60,394 nucleotides of DNA. Origin: a virus (Duplodnaviria; Caudoviricetes). Positions 38,678 to 48,468 of this stretch are shown piece after piece. The stretch spans positions 1-60,394 of the IMG/VR virus record IMGVR_UViG_3300036828_000746. The stretch is one strand, 5' to 3'. Made by a program: the position numbers and the translations under genes. The notes under the pieces were generated by a model, which worked only from the letters and a program-made list of their open reading frames with translations, did not search any database and was not told the DNA's origin. Positions within the stretch are counted from its first letter, which is position 1, and the number at the start of each line of letters is the position of its first letter.

Positions 38678-38979
38678 AACTCTTCTCCGATCCCCCCAAG
38701 GTCTTTGCGTGCCTGCGAAGCATGCTCCGCCGCGACTGCCGCATCGTTCGCACGTTTGGTCAGAAGTTCCTTCACGATCACGCGCTGCTCTGCCGCAATT
38801 GCGAGGTCGTCCTTGCCCTCCCAGCGTTCGTCGTCTGCGTCCCACACGATCTCCTCCACCTGACTGATGAACTCAACCTCCTCCTCGTCAATGATTTCCA
38901 CAAACGTAGTGCCAAATACCAAGCGGTACACGTTCGCGTCGGCGTCGAAGTGATGACCTATGACCACTGTCTTGCTCAT
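38674..38979 (-). CDS. Hypothetical protein (possible tail fibre assembly factor)
   Basis: Directly follows the tail fibre gene. Confidence 0.45.
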   Translation of the reverse strand: MSKTVVIGHHFDADANVYRLVFGTTFVEIIDEEEVEFISQVEEIVWDADDERWEGKDDLAIAAEQRVIVKELLTKRANDAAVAAEHASQARKDLGGIGEEL

Positions 38980-40028
38980 TACGAGATCCTAACTATGTAG
39001 CAGTCACACTCGTATGGCCCCAGATTGTTGTGTGTTCCACTCCCGCCATCGTTGCCAATGGCGTGCAGATGGTTGATGTCGTCGTTCTGAATGCTAGCGC
39101 TGATCCCAGTTGGTTCCGTGTACATCGGCAACGTGCCGCCGTCGATGTACATTGGCCAACCGCCAGAAGCAACAGTCGAAGCGCGATACGCGAATGACGC
39201 GCCACCGTTGTTCACGTAAACCTGTTCCGGGATCGGGTGACTGTGGCCCGGGTCACTCCAGTTGAGGCCGTGCGCGTGTGGGTTGTTACGATCCATCCAA
39301 CCTGTGCCGCCACCATGACTATGAACAGGCATTTCCCCGTTAGCAAGCAGGTGCGTGACCTCGCCGCCTTGCTGCCCGCGCCCGATTTGAGCATGGGCGT
39401 TGTCTGACAATCCTGGACCCGTGCCCATGTTGATCGCGCCGACCGAATGCTTCCCACGTTTGTCCGGGATCTTGACCTTGTTGTTGCCCGGGTCAGCGCC
39501 ACCGTTGTAGGCGTGCCCCGTAACAGCAAAGAACGCAGGATACTGTGTGCGGTCGATCAACCTCCCATCAGCTACGATCCAAGCACCCGGGATGGGATCG
39601 CCGTTGCCTGAATAGGAAGCGATCGTCCCGACGGGCACGCCTGCGCCAAGACGGGGGTCATTACCAGCGCACGCTTGCTGAGCGCCGCTGCCGAGTGTAC
39701 GGCGCGACGGCGTGCCAGGCGCTGCGTCTGCAGCGAGTGCTAACTTCGACTCCGCAATTGCTGCGTTTGCGTCAACGTCCAAGTCCATGATGTCGAGTGG
39801 AGCAAGCTTCGTCTTTGCAACGTTCGCGTTTGCAGCGAGGTCCGCGTTTGCGATTGCGCCACGTTTCGCTGCCTGCGCGTCAAAGGTATCCGTAACCCCG
39901 TTGACCTGATCCCAGAAGTCAGCAGGATCGTTGCCTGAAAACCTCGGCGCCGCGAAGTTCGGAGACGTAGGTGGCGTGCCTGTGCCCACCACCGTTGTGT
40001 ACTGTGATGGGCCTCCAGTCGACATCAA
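38979..40028 (-). CDS. Tail fibre protein with phage tail collar domain and HxH needle
   Basis: VPVGTI..Y.G...W..ADG...R..YP..F...G; GGE..H.L...EMPVHSH...HNNL.PY. Confidence 0.85.
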   Translation of the reverse strand: MMSTGGPSQYTTVVGTGTPPTSPNFAAPRFSGNDPADFWDQVNGVTDTFDAQAAKRGAIANADLAANANVAKTKLAPLDIMDLDVDANAAIAESKLALAADAAPGTPSRRTLGSGAQQACAGNDPRLGAGVPVGTIASYSGNGDPIPGAWIVADGRLIDRTQYPAFFAVTGHAYNGGADPGNNKVKIPDKRGKHSVGAINMGTGPGLSDNAHAQIGRGQQGGEVTHLLANGEMPVHSHGGGTGWMDRNNPHAHGLNWSDPGHSHPIPEQVYVNNGGASFAYRASTVASGGWPMYIDGGTLPMYTEPTGISASIQNDDINHLHAIGNDGGSGTHNNLGPYECDCYIVRIS

Positions 40029-40318
40029 CCACTCCTTCTCAATTTGGCTTCAATGCCCGTCTGGGCCGTATAGGTGAAGGTACGGATGAGTCCTTTGAAC
40101 GCCCCTTCCTGCGTCTCCGGCAATCCGATTGCCTCGACCGATTCGAACAGGTGCCCCCGTAATGCGTTCATCTCCTCACGCACTACCCCGATGGTGTCGT
40201 CATTCCTGGGCGATCCCACTGGGACGACCCCGGCCTGAACCCGCGCACGGCGCCCCACGTCGGGAACGCTGCTTTGACTGCGTTCCACGTTGCGTAGGTT
40301 TGGTGAATGTCTAGCCAT
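40025..40318 (-). CDS. Hypothetical protein overlapping the upstream wedge gene (start uncertain)
   Basis: Helical C-terminal half fills 40025-40183; stop overlaps the fibre start. Confidence 0.4.
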   Translation of the reverse strand: MARHSPNLRNVERSQSSVPDVGRRARVQAGVVPVGSPRNDDTIGVVREEMNALRGHLFESVEAIGLPETQEGAFKGLIRTFTYTAQTGIEAKLRRSG

Positions 40319-40887
40319 TTAGGACCTACCTCTGTTTCGTAGTTGCATACCATGTCCGCCGGAATGACGGTGAGGAGATCCTGCCACACCTGAGCCGGGT
40401 CCGGAGTTTGATCGGTGTAAGTCACGACAGTAAAGTTGTCGCCGTTCGGGTCAACCGTACCATCGCTCTTTGTGCGCTCAAGGAGCTGCACAAGGCGATC
40501 GCCTGTCAAAGTTCGCTGGGCAGCGCGTGCAATCGACACGGGTGTTCCCCGCCGTTGGTTCGGCCCATCAACGATCCAGGCCCGCGCTTCCACTTCAGAT
40601 ATGCCAGCGGGCAGCGACTCACCAACCCATTGCGCAAGGTACGCGGTGCCGTACGGGTACGGCGTGCGGTCAACGTCAAGAAGGATGCACCATCCTCCTG
40701 TGCCATCGCCAGTCGGGTCATCGAGCGTGTAGACTTCAACCTGCGTAAACATCGACCCGAGAGCATCGAAGTAAGTAGACAGGTCACCTGTCAGTTGCGG
40801 GGCAAGGTCGTTCTTGAGCTCATCGCTGATCGTACCTGAGGACTCAGGCGGCTCAACGAGAATATTTACGGGACCTGAAGTGCTCAT
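40183..40887 (-). CDS. Baseplate wedge protein (P2 gpI/T4 gp7-like)
   Basis: YLAQWVG...RRGTP.SI..AA...LTG; position after baseplate J. Confidence 0.75.
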   Translation of the reverse strand: MSTSGPVNILVEPPESSGTISDELKNDLAPQLTGDLSTYFDALGSMFTQVEVYTLDDPTGDGTGGWCILLDVDRTPYPYGTAYLAQWVGESLPAGISEVEARAWIVDGPNQRRGTPVSIARAAQRTLTGDRLVQLLERTKSDGTVDPNGDNFTVVTYTDQTPDPAQVWQDLLTVIPADMVCNYETEVGPKWLDIHQTYATWNAVKAAFPTWGAVRGFRPGSSQWDRPGMTTPSG

Positions 40888-42020
40888 TGTGCTGTACCTG
40901 TCATTGTACCTGGTTTTGGCAATGGAAACGTGCCGGGAAGAGTCAACGAACCATTACCAGCAGCGCCTGCGATTGTCAGCGACTGCACGTATCGCACGCC
41001 AAGAACCTGCGCCGTGATCTGCCCGATGAGCCAGTTAGGCCTGATCGTTGGGTCGTTGATCCACTGCACGCCCGATTGCCCCGCCGTTGGCGCACCGTAA
41101 TACACAGGACTAAGCAATTGGCTCAAGTAGGCGTTCGTACGGTTCACCATGTCCGTGGGATCATAACCGGGGTACATGACGATTGAGTAGGTAACACTGA
41201 CCGTCGTGTATTGAGGATCTTCGATTTGGACGGTGATGTTGATAAGGCGGTTCTGATTGACCAGAGTCGTGTATGTGTCCTTGATCGACTGCGGGACCGG
41301 GTTCCCGCTAGCGTCTGCGAGCGCGACCTGGATTTGCCTCGCCTGGTTGCCGATGCACACAGCACGTCCGATACCGCCTTGGAGTAGCGCAAGCGCCACG
41401 TAGTCAGCAGCGGTGACAAGCGTACGTCCGCGAAGTTGCAGTTCAAGGATAAGGCGGGTCGTGTACTGGTTGTCATCATCCGGGTCTGTTGCATCAGCAG
41501 TCGGTCCACCGTCGACTGCGATCGACGCAACAAACGCCGGCATGGAGATAGGAACGACAACGGAACCTGGAAGGCCATTCGCTGCTGTCGTCCACAACGT
41601 ACTCTCAACCGGCACATGACTGACCGATGTCGAACCAGGAGGCACGACCGTATCATTGCTCAACTGGAACGCGTAACTGTCGATCTCAAGTTGAGCACCA
41701 CCTGGCACGGTGTATCCAGTCGCGTCGACCATCGCCATGGTGACTGTTGTGAGCGCCGGCGAACCTTGACCATACGGGATGCCGAGGATCTTCGTACCAT
41801 ACGCACGCAGCGCTGCTGCGGGCATTTGACCCGCTGTCTCACCGCACGCAGCCGCCATTGGTGCGACTGCCTCGATCATCATGGTTTCCATGTCCGCTTC
41901 GTTAGGCTCCCAGTCGGGCCACGCGTTCTGGAGGACGCCGATTGCGTTGTCCTGCAGCCACTGAGGCGTTGCGACGAACGGGATGTCTACGAAAGGTGGG
42001 CCTGGTGAGGTTACGCTCAT
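40884..42020 (-). CDS. Baseplate J-like protein
   Basis: WEPNEAD..T.MIEA; D.DDD.QY..RL...VTAADY..LA...GIGRA. Confidence 0.88.
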   Translation of the reverse strand: MSVTSPGPPFVDIPFVATPQWLQDNAIGVLQNAWPDWEPNEADMETMMIEAVAPMAAACGETAGQMPAAALRAYGTKILGIPYGQGSPALTTVTMAMVDATGYTVPGGAQLEIDSYAFQLSNDTVVPPGSTSVSHVPVESTLWTTAANGLPGSVVVPISMPAFVASIAVDGGPTADATDPDDDNQYTTRLILELQLRGRTLVTAADYVALALLQGGIGRAVCIGNQARQIQVALADASGNPVPQSIKDTYTTLVNQNRLINITVQIEDPQYTTVSVTYSIVMYPGYDPTDMVNRTNAYLSQLLSPVYYGAPTAGQSGVQWINDPTIRPNWLIGQITAQVLGVRYVQSLTIAGAAGNGSLTLPGTFPLPKPGTMTGTAQ

Positions 42021-42023
42021 TGG

Positions 42024-42341
42024 TTACTCCGTTTGGATCGAGACGTCATAGCGAACATGAGCGATGCCTTGATTGATCAAGTCGGTGTACTGCGACGGAT
42101 TAGCGTCTCCACGAGGTTCCCACTTCTGCATCGCTGCGCTGATCCCACCGAGGTCAATAGGGATGTTGTCGAACATTGGCCATGGGATGCCAAATTCAGG
42201 CTTCTCAACACGCGACCCGATCGGCGTTGAGACGACCCGAGCCTCACACGCGACCACGTGTTCGACCGTGTCCTGCTCAACGTATAGCCCCCGTGTGAAC
42301 GGGAAGCCCCAATGCGGGTTGTCAAATTGAGGCGTTGCCAT
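42024..42341 (-). CDS. gp25/gpW-like sheath initiator
   Basis: FPF...VEQ...T.IGSRVEKPEFG...KWEPR. Confidence 0.85.
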   Translation of the reverse strand: MATPQFDNPHWGFPFTRGLYVEQDTVEHVVACEARVVSTPIGSRVEKPEFGIPWPMFDNIPIDLGGISAAMQKWEPRGDANPSQYTDLINQGIAHVRYDVSIQTE

Positions 42342-42607
42342 TACGCCGTCGAAGCTGCCTCGTGCGTATGAGTGATCGTGAACTCCTCAACTCCGCCCGA
42401 CCCACTTTTTCCAGATCCTGCAACAGGCAGCACCCACACAGTATCTGCACCGTGAAAAAACCCGTACTCAAACGCTGTGTCCAATGCTTCCTGCGAACTG
42501 TCTGCATTGACGATGGCACATTGAGCGCCCTGAACTACTGGAGGCGGGAGCGAGCCTTCAGGCGTAAACGGCGCTTGCATACGCGTAAACAGTACAAACT
42601 CAGCCAT
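42341..42607 (-). CDS. Hypothetical baseplate-region protein
   Basis: AGGAGG RBS; TAATG coupling. Confidence 0.55.
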   Translation of the reverse strand: MAEFVLFTRMQAPFTPEGSLPPPVVQGAQCAIVNADSSQEALDTAFEYGFFHGADTVWVLPVAGSGKSGSGGVEEFTITHTHEAASTA

Positions 42608-42618
42608 TCAATCCTCCT

Positions 42619-43818
42619 TCAATACTTGATCACGTAATTGACTGCCTCATACGGAGGCAGATTGTTGTGGGCGTTCCCGCTGCCGTCGTTTGCGATCGAC
42701 AACGCTGGGACACTGAGGCTAGGAACAGATAGACCCGGGACGCTGAGACCTGGAACACTGAGGCTAGGAACACTGAGTCCCGGAATGCTGAGCGCCGGCA
42801 CAGAGTGATTGTGATTCGCGCTAATCCCACTCGTCGTCCCGGAAAAGTTGTGGTTGTGGTTTTGGTTCTGTGTCGCAGTCGTGCCGCTGTATGTGTGTTG
42901 GTGGGCGTAGTCGTTGTACTTGCGGTTGTCGCCGCCGACGAGCGTTGCTCCCCAGGTGATCGCTACGAAGTTCGCCCCGCCTGTGCAAGACCAGACGTTG
43001 TATCCCTGAACGCCGTTCCACTGTGAGACGTCAGACGTCGTGCCCGAGTAATTGTGGTTGAAACCCTGATTCTCGGTCGCCGTTGTTCCCGAGTACGTGT
43101 GCGTATGGTCGTTCGACACGTACCCCGTTGTGCCTCCTCCTGTTGAGCTACCTCCTGTCGTACCCGTGCCAGTCGATCCACCGCCCGTCGTGCCCGTGCC
43201 TGTTGTGGCCGTGCCCGTCGTACCTGTGCCCGTCGTACCCCCGTGCTGATGAACCGGCATTTCTGCCTTGCTCAACGTATGTGCTGCCTCGCCACCTGTT
43301 GAACCAAGCGGATACGTTGTACTAGCGCCGATCGGCATTTTACCTTGCCAGTTCGGCAAGTTGAACGTCGTGCTCCCGTCACCAGGACCGTACTTCGTAC
43401 CAATCAATGCGAACAGCGCAGCGGTGGTCCCTGTTCGAGGCACCGCCTGACCGTTGCACATCCCCCACCCAGGAGGAGCAACTGCCGCCACTGTCATCTT
43501 CACATCCCCGACGTTGACACCAACGTCCGCGCTATTGACCAACGAATCGACACCCTCCCACATCGGGACCCACGCGTCACCAGTCGGGTGATCGAAGCAC
43601 ACGACACACGAGGCACCAACAGCAGGCAACGTCTTCCCGCGCGGCGACCAATTACCCGGTGGAACCTCGTATGTGTACTGCGACGTATACCCGACCAGCA
43701 TGACCTCCATCGAGTCAGTCGCTGACTGAGGCGGAACAGCAACAACTGCCCGCGCTACATTCGGCTGATCTGCATGACCCGGGCCACCAACAATACCGGT
43801 ATAGTCAGTGATGCCCAT
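42619..43818 (-). CDS. Baseplate spike: gpV/gp5-like OB domain fused to collar domain and long HxH needle
   Basis: LPAVGASCVVCF...GDAW N-terminal motif; collar GDVK...P.GW.MCNG...R.....LFALIGT.YG.GDGSTTFNLP; HxH motifs. Confidence 0.75.
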   Translation of the reverse strand: MGITDYTGIVGGPGHADQPNVARAVVAVPPQSATDSMEVMLVGYTSQYTYEVPPGNWSPRGKTLPAVGASCVVCFDHPTGDAWVPMWEGVDSLVNSADVGVNVGDVKMTVAAVAPPGWGMCNGQAVPRTGTTAALFALIGTKYGPGDGSTTFNLPNWQGKMPIGASTTYPLGSTGGEAAHTLSKAEMPVHQHGGTTGTGTTGTATTGTGTTGGGSTGTGTTGGSSTGGGTTGYVSNDHTHTYSGTTATENQGFNHNYSGTTSDVSQWNGVQGYNVWSCTGGANFVAITWGATLVGGDNRKYNDYAHQHTYSGTTATQNQNHNHNFSGTTSGISANHNHSVPALSIPGLSVPSLSVPGLSVPGLSVPSLSVPALSIANDGSGNAHNNLPPYEAVNYVIKY

Positions 43819-45848
43819 TACAACCCCTTAGCACCTTGCTGCTTGAGCCACTCACGAATTGACTTGCCTGCCGGCGTTTCTTGACCTTCAGAATATCCCG
43901 TGGTTGACTGCGCGAGCGTTTGCCACGTTGCAGTCCCCCACCCGAACTCGAATCCCGTGCCCGAGTCAGCAAAGTTGCAGATCGTATCGCCCTGCCCGAG
44001 CGTTTGCCCTTTAGACGCAAGGTTCGTGATTTGCTCCGCGATGTACTGGTACTTACCTTGGTCAGGCCCGTCGAGGAGTTGCCACCAAATGTACGGTTGT
44101 CCTGAGTACCAGTTTTGCTGAATATCCACGATCCTGATCTTGCCCGGCGCCACGATCTTCGCTCCCGGCGTCATGTGCCCGTCAATACCCATATCCACTC
44201 GACTAAACGTCGCGCCTGCCAGCGGGTTGACATACCCACCTGTCCCGACCTGATTCGTCGTTGTCGCAGTTTTCACCTGTGGCGCAGGTTCACGCGTCGG
44301 CAATGAAGGTTGTTTGAGGGTGAACTTGGAATCGAGGTTCGCACGATCTCGGTCAATCTGCGCAACCAGCCACCTGCCTGGCAGTTTGACCGTTGAGGCA
44401 GTCGTAGCGGTGCCAAAACCTTCGACCGTGAGTACGTCGCCCGCTGCAAACTCGAACGGGTCGCAGAACAGCGACACGGTCATCTGCGTACAGATCGCTC
44501 GTGCGTCCCAGTTGTATGTCCAGTCGGTGATCGGCTCAGTGCCACGAACAAGATGCGCTGCTGGCTTCGCACGTATCAGTTGCGGTTCGGGGTCGTAGTA
44601 CATGCGATTGCCAATGAGGATCAATGGCCAATTGACCTCCTGTGCGAGTCGCTGCATAGCGTCCCAGTACGATTCGTTGGAGTTCGTTGACGTGCCCACC
44701 GTGAAGTAGTATGGCTCAACTGTCGTTGTCGTTGTCGTCACAGCGCCTGCGCCTTGAGTCGCGCCTCCTCCTGCTCCAACGATCGCTGCTGCTTCTGCAA
44801 GGCCTTTCGCTTGTCCTCCTGTCCCCCACTGGTGACCGTACGAATCGCCGTGACTGTTGTTCCACACGGCGTTCGCCTCGACTTCGTTTGCGATCATCCA
44901 CACAGGATCGCCACGCTTTGCACACGCAATCGCGCCGCCCGCCTGAAACCCATACTGCCCCGTCAGGTACGCATGCGCCTCAGCAGAAACGTTGTGGGGG
45001 TCAGGCGACGACAAATCCTGCCACACGCCGCCACCAGGCGCTACCGTGATGCCCGACTCGCCCATCGCTGAGTACATCATCGCTTCAAGCGCTGCCTGTG
45101 GCGCGCCCAACTGCGAGCCTACTCCCAGGGCGATGTTGATGATCTGCATTTGAGACGTCGTCAACGGGACGCCCTTACAGGTGAGCGTGCCGGCGTTTGC
45201 GCCAAGGCCTACACTCTTCCGCCCCTTTTTCGTAGCCGCTGCTGGGTGTTTGAGTGACGACGACGTGGACGCTTGTACCGCGCCGTCGACCGCCTGTTTA
45301 TGGTCTAGTTGCTCACAGTAGAATTCCAGGCCCGGGACGTGCGATGCCAAGCGCCTGAGGAACTGCGCCCGCGTCACCTGACCGCGTTGTGCTTTGATCG
45401 GCGCGAGCTTCGGTGTCGCCTTGGGATTGATGCGGGTGAGTTGGTCGGCGTACCAATTCCAGAACGTCATCTGGATGGTATGATCCTTGCCTAGCGGGGA
45501 AACCTGCGTGCATACCCAACGGAAATCAATCCCGTTGGATTGACTAGGAGGCGGGTACACGAGTTCGATGCGATCGAGGATCCCATCCTTGTCAGTGTCG
45601 AAGAACCCAGAATCGAGTAGGTGCCACTGAGGATCAATAAGCGTGATCGTTAGCGACGGCGAACCAATGTTGATGCTCTGCGTTTGGATTGACGTGATCG
45701 CTTGTTCCAACTGCTGCGTCGAGATCTTATGCCCGTTCTGCTTTGCTGACGCTGACAGGTTCCCAGCGATCAACCCAACGTCCGGGATCATTTGTCCCGT
45801 GACTGGTGACAGTTCCTTGAGGTCGGAATATACGCTCGTCGTACTCAT
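43818..45848 (-). CDS. Baseplate hub (gp27-like) with lysozyme-like insert and C-terminal M23-like domain
   Basis: SLTITLID, NESYWDAMQRLAQE.NW, GRWLV.QI hub motifs; YVNPL...DMGID...GQT..QG..I M23-like barrel. Confidence 0.7.
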   Translation of the reverse strand: MSTTSVYSDLKELSPVTGQMIPDVGLIAGNLSASAKQNGHKISTQQLEQAITSIQTQSINIGSPSLTITLIDPQWHLLDSGFFDTDKDGILDRIELVYPPPSQSNGIDFRWVCTQVSPLGKDHTIQMTFWNWYADQLTRINPKATPKLAPIKAQRGQVTRAQFLRRLASHVPGLEFYCEQLDHKQAVDGAVQASTSSSLKHPAAATKKGRKSVGLGANAGTLTCKGVPLTTSQMQIINIALGVGSQLGAPQAALEAMMYSAMGESGITVAPGGGVWQDLSSPDPHNVSAEAHAYLTGQYGFQAGGAIACAKRGDPVWMIANEVEANAVWNNSHGDSYGHQWGTGGQAKGLAEAAAIVGAGGGATQGAGAVTTTTTTVEPYYFTVGTSTNSNESYWDAMQRLAQEVNWPLILIGNRMYYDPEPQLIRAKPAAHLVRGTEPITDWTYNWDARAICTQMTVSLFCDPFEFAAGDVLTVEGFGTATTASTVKLPGRWLVAQIDRDRANLDSKFTLKQPSLPTREPAPQVKTATTTNQVGTGGYVNPLAGATFSRVDMGIDGHMTPGAKIVAPGKIRIVDIQQNWYSGQPYIWWQLLDGPDQGKYQYIAEQITNLASKGQTLGQGDTICNFADSGTGFEFGWGTATWQTLAQSTTGYSEGQETPAGKSIREWLKQQGAKGL

Positions 45849-46615
45849 TTGTGCCGTCGACTTGCCTTCGCCTTCGCACGGTCAACAAGTGAGGTTTGCA
45901 ATGTGTGGGGCGTGTACTCCCACATCGTCACGACAGCCGATTGCTGGATGCGACGACCGCTCCTGTTGCGCCATGGTTTCGTATCCCACTTGATCGCCTC
46001 GATTCGCCACAGCGGCGAACCTCCATTGTGCAGCGACGCGTTCCACTGATAGTTCAGCGGGATGAGGGGCACGACCTGACCCTTGTTGTCCGTCGTCGTC
46101 AAGCGGATGACTGGGGGTGCGCCGCGTCCCGAACCTGAGAAGTTCCCGCGCCCCGCCATGCGCTCAAGCGCCATGATGTCCATCTCTATGCTGAGCGCGT
46201 TCGCGTAATCCTCAGCAAGGAACTGCACAGGCACGTCCATGGTGAGCGGGTTGTAACCCATGAACTGCGAAACGCCCACAAGGCCTGGGCGCGCCACAAC
46301 CTGAAGAATCGCGTATCCGTCCGTCACAGTAGGCGCCGCCATGTCGTCGCCCATCACGTCCACCGTCTCGCCTGGCTTGAGCGAGTTCGGGATCTTGACT
46401 CGCGTATTGTGCTTGAACCGGTAGAACGCAGACACGTGGTTGATTCGTGCGATGTCCTCCCTAAATTCCGTGTGTCCCAACTGCGCTGCGATGATCGCGC
46501 AATTATGTCCCTTCCTCGCCGTGATCCAGAAGAATCCCGTCCGCCCGACGAAGTGCTGAATCGCGAACGTGATAAGCTGCGCCCCGCCGATAACAGGATC
46601 AGTTCGCCTGGGCAT
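45845..46615 (-). CDS. Tail tube initiator / LysM-like baseplate protein
   Basis: IAAQLG....EDIARIN LysM-like segment; W.IE.IKW...R..GRRIQQ...VTM.EY; follows the tape measure. Confidence 0.65.
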   Translation of the reverse strand: MPRRTDPVIGGAQLITFAIQHFVGRTGFFWITARKGHNCAIIAAQLGHTEFREDIARINHVSAFYRFKHNTRVKIPNSLKPGETVDVMGDDMAAPTVTDGYAILQVVARPGLVGVSQFMGYNPLTMDVPVQFLAEDYANALSIEMDIMALERMAGRGNFSGSGRGAPPVIRLTTTDNKGQVVPLIPLNYQWNASLHNGGSPLWRIEAIKWDTKPWRNRSGRRIQQSAVVTMWEYTPHTLQTSLVDRAKAKASRRHK

Positions 46616-48468
46616 CAGCGCAACGCTAATTGCCGCGTGCTTGCGCGGGCGATCGCTTGTGCCATGACTTGCCCATCGACCATGAGGTAATTGTGGATGA
46701 CAACCTCCCCGCTTGCTTGCGTCCCGCTCGGTTGCACGACAGTGCCCGTTGGCAGGTACACGTTCTCAGGCCCCTTCTCACCGACTGTGAACATGCCCGG
46801 ACGATCGACTTGCCCGCCTGACTGCAACCCGAGGAACGACCCAACCGAACTTACTGCGCTCGCCGCACCGCCAACTACGCTCTTACCTGCGCCGATAACC
46901 GAGCTTGCGGCACCAACAATCTTGTTGATGGGTCCAAGGATCTTGTTGATGATCGGCGTAATCTCACCGACCAACCATTTGATGATGCGGACGATCTCGT
47001 GCACCACCGTCTGCACGAACGACCATAGCGCTTTGAACGGCGCGAGGAAGATGGCAGTGAGCGTTTTCCACACCGATGACAACACGTGGACAGCGTCATT
47101 GACTGCACCTTTGATCCAAGAAACGAACGATGACCAAGCGCCAGTGATCGCGTGAATGACTCCCATCACAACGCTTTGGATTGTTTTCCATGCAGCTTCG
47201 AAGAATGTTAGGAACATCTTCCAGTGTGTGATCACGAACACGATCGCTGCGAGGAACGGTCCCCCGAGGATAAGCGCCATGCCCGTGACCACGAGTTTCC
47301 AGTGGTCACCGATGAAGTCAACCACGTCGGTGAATATCTGCTTGATGAGCTTCCACGCGTCGTTCACGAAGTCACGGAACCACTTGACCTTCATGTAAAG
47401 GACAACAAAGATGGCAATCAACGCGACAATTGCCGCGATCACGAGGAACACGGGATTGGCGAGGAACGCAGCGTCCAGGCCTTCCTGCGCGACCGTTTGC
47501 TCCTCAGTTAGCGCCGTCTGCTCTGAGGTCATCGCCTTGATGATCGACTGCCACAGGTTGTAGACCTTCATCGCTCCCGTGGCAACAAGGTACGCTGTCG
47601 TCAGCGCGGCCATCGTGATCACGAGGCCTTCAAGAATCGACTTGTGCTGAGCAAGGAACTTGATCACTGCCTCGACCATCGGGAGGAACGTCTGCCCGAG
47701 AGTTGTTGACATGACCTCCATCTCATGCGTGAGGTCCGACCACGAACCTTGCGCTGACTTCGAGTACGCTTCCGTTGATCCTTTGAATTTGTCCTGAAGC
47801 GCCCGAAGCGTTACAAGGCGTGTCGCGTTCTGATCCTGCAACTTCGCTTGCTCGCGCTGGTACACGGTCGCTTTGACACCCGATGCCGTCAACGCATCCT
47901 GCGCTGTCGTCACCTTCGGGATGTTGATCCCGAGCCTAGCAAGGCCCGTCGATCTGCCCATTTCTGCCTGGGACACGAGTTTGACCGCCGACTCAAGTGA
48001 AAGGTGACGAGCGCGGGCGATGTCAGTCGCCAAATTGAGATTGTGCATCGCCGTCGTTGCCTTCTCACCAGCAGTCGTGAAGTTGGTCAGCGCCTGGATT
48101 TCCTCCGTTGGCGCGAACCCACCTGCCTGCGACAATGCGTCCGCCCCTTCAGTCATCGACTTCATTGCCGGCGTGACCGATTGGTGCGTGTTCTTGAGCG
48201 CTGTTGCCAAGTTGTTCTGCGTCTGTTGCAACGCCAATGTCTGCTTTGCAACTTCACCGATCCCAAGCGCGAGTCCCCCAAAGGCAATGCCAGTAGCAAT
48301 GCCTTTGAGGCTTTTCATCGTTGACCCGAACCCACCCGCCGCCTTTGACGTCTTGACGGATTGAGCCTCGACCCCTTCCATCGAACGAGTAACGCCGCTG
48401 ATCTCAACCTCAGTCGTCGCGCCGCCTTCGGCACGCATGCGGATGATAAGGGTGTCCTCAGCAGGCAT
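46615..48468 (-). CDS. Tape measure protein
   Basis: Ala/Gly-rich helical, ANPVFLVIAAIVALIA hydrophobic segment, Trp-periodic repeats, terminal VGEKGPE...DGQ.MA. Confidence 0.9.
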   Translation of the reverse strand: MPAEDTLIIRMRAEGGATTEVEISGVTRSMEGVEAQSVKTSKAAGGFGSTMKSLKGIATGIAFGGLALGIGEVAKQTLALQQTQNNLATALKNTHQSVTPAMKSMTEGADALSQAGGFAPTEEIQALTNFTTAGEKATTAMHNLNLATDIARARHLSLESAVKLVSQAEMGRSTGLARLGINIPKVTTAQDALTASGVKATVYQREQAKLQDQNATRLVTLRALQDKFKGSTEAYSKSAQGSWSDLTHEMEVMSTTLGQTFLPMVEAVIKFLAQHKSILEGLVITMAALTTAYLVATGAMKVYNLWQSIIKAMTSEQTALTEEQTVAQEGLDAAFLANPVFLVIAAIVALIAIFVVLYMKVKWFRDFVNDAWKLIKQIFTDVVDFIGDHWKLVVTGMALILGGPFLAAIVFVITHWKMFLTFFEAAWKTIQSVVMGVIHAITGAWSSFVSWIKGAVNDAVHVLSSVWKTLTAIFLAPFKALWSFVQTVVHEIVRIIKWLVGEITPIINKILGPINKIVGAASSVIGAGKSVVGGAASAVSSVGSFLGLQSGGQVDRPGMFTVGEKGPENVYLPTGTVVQPSGTQASGEVVIHNYLMVDGQVMAQAIARASTRQLALR

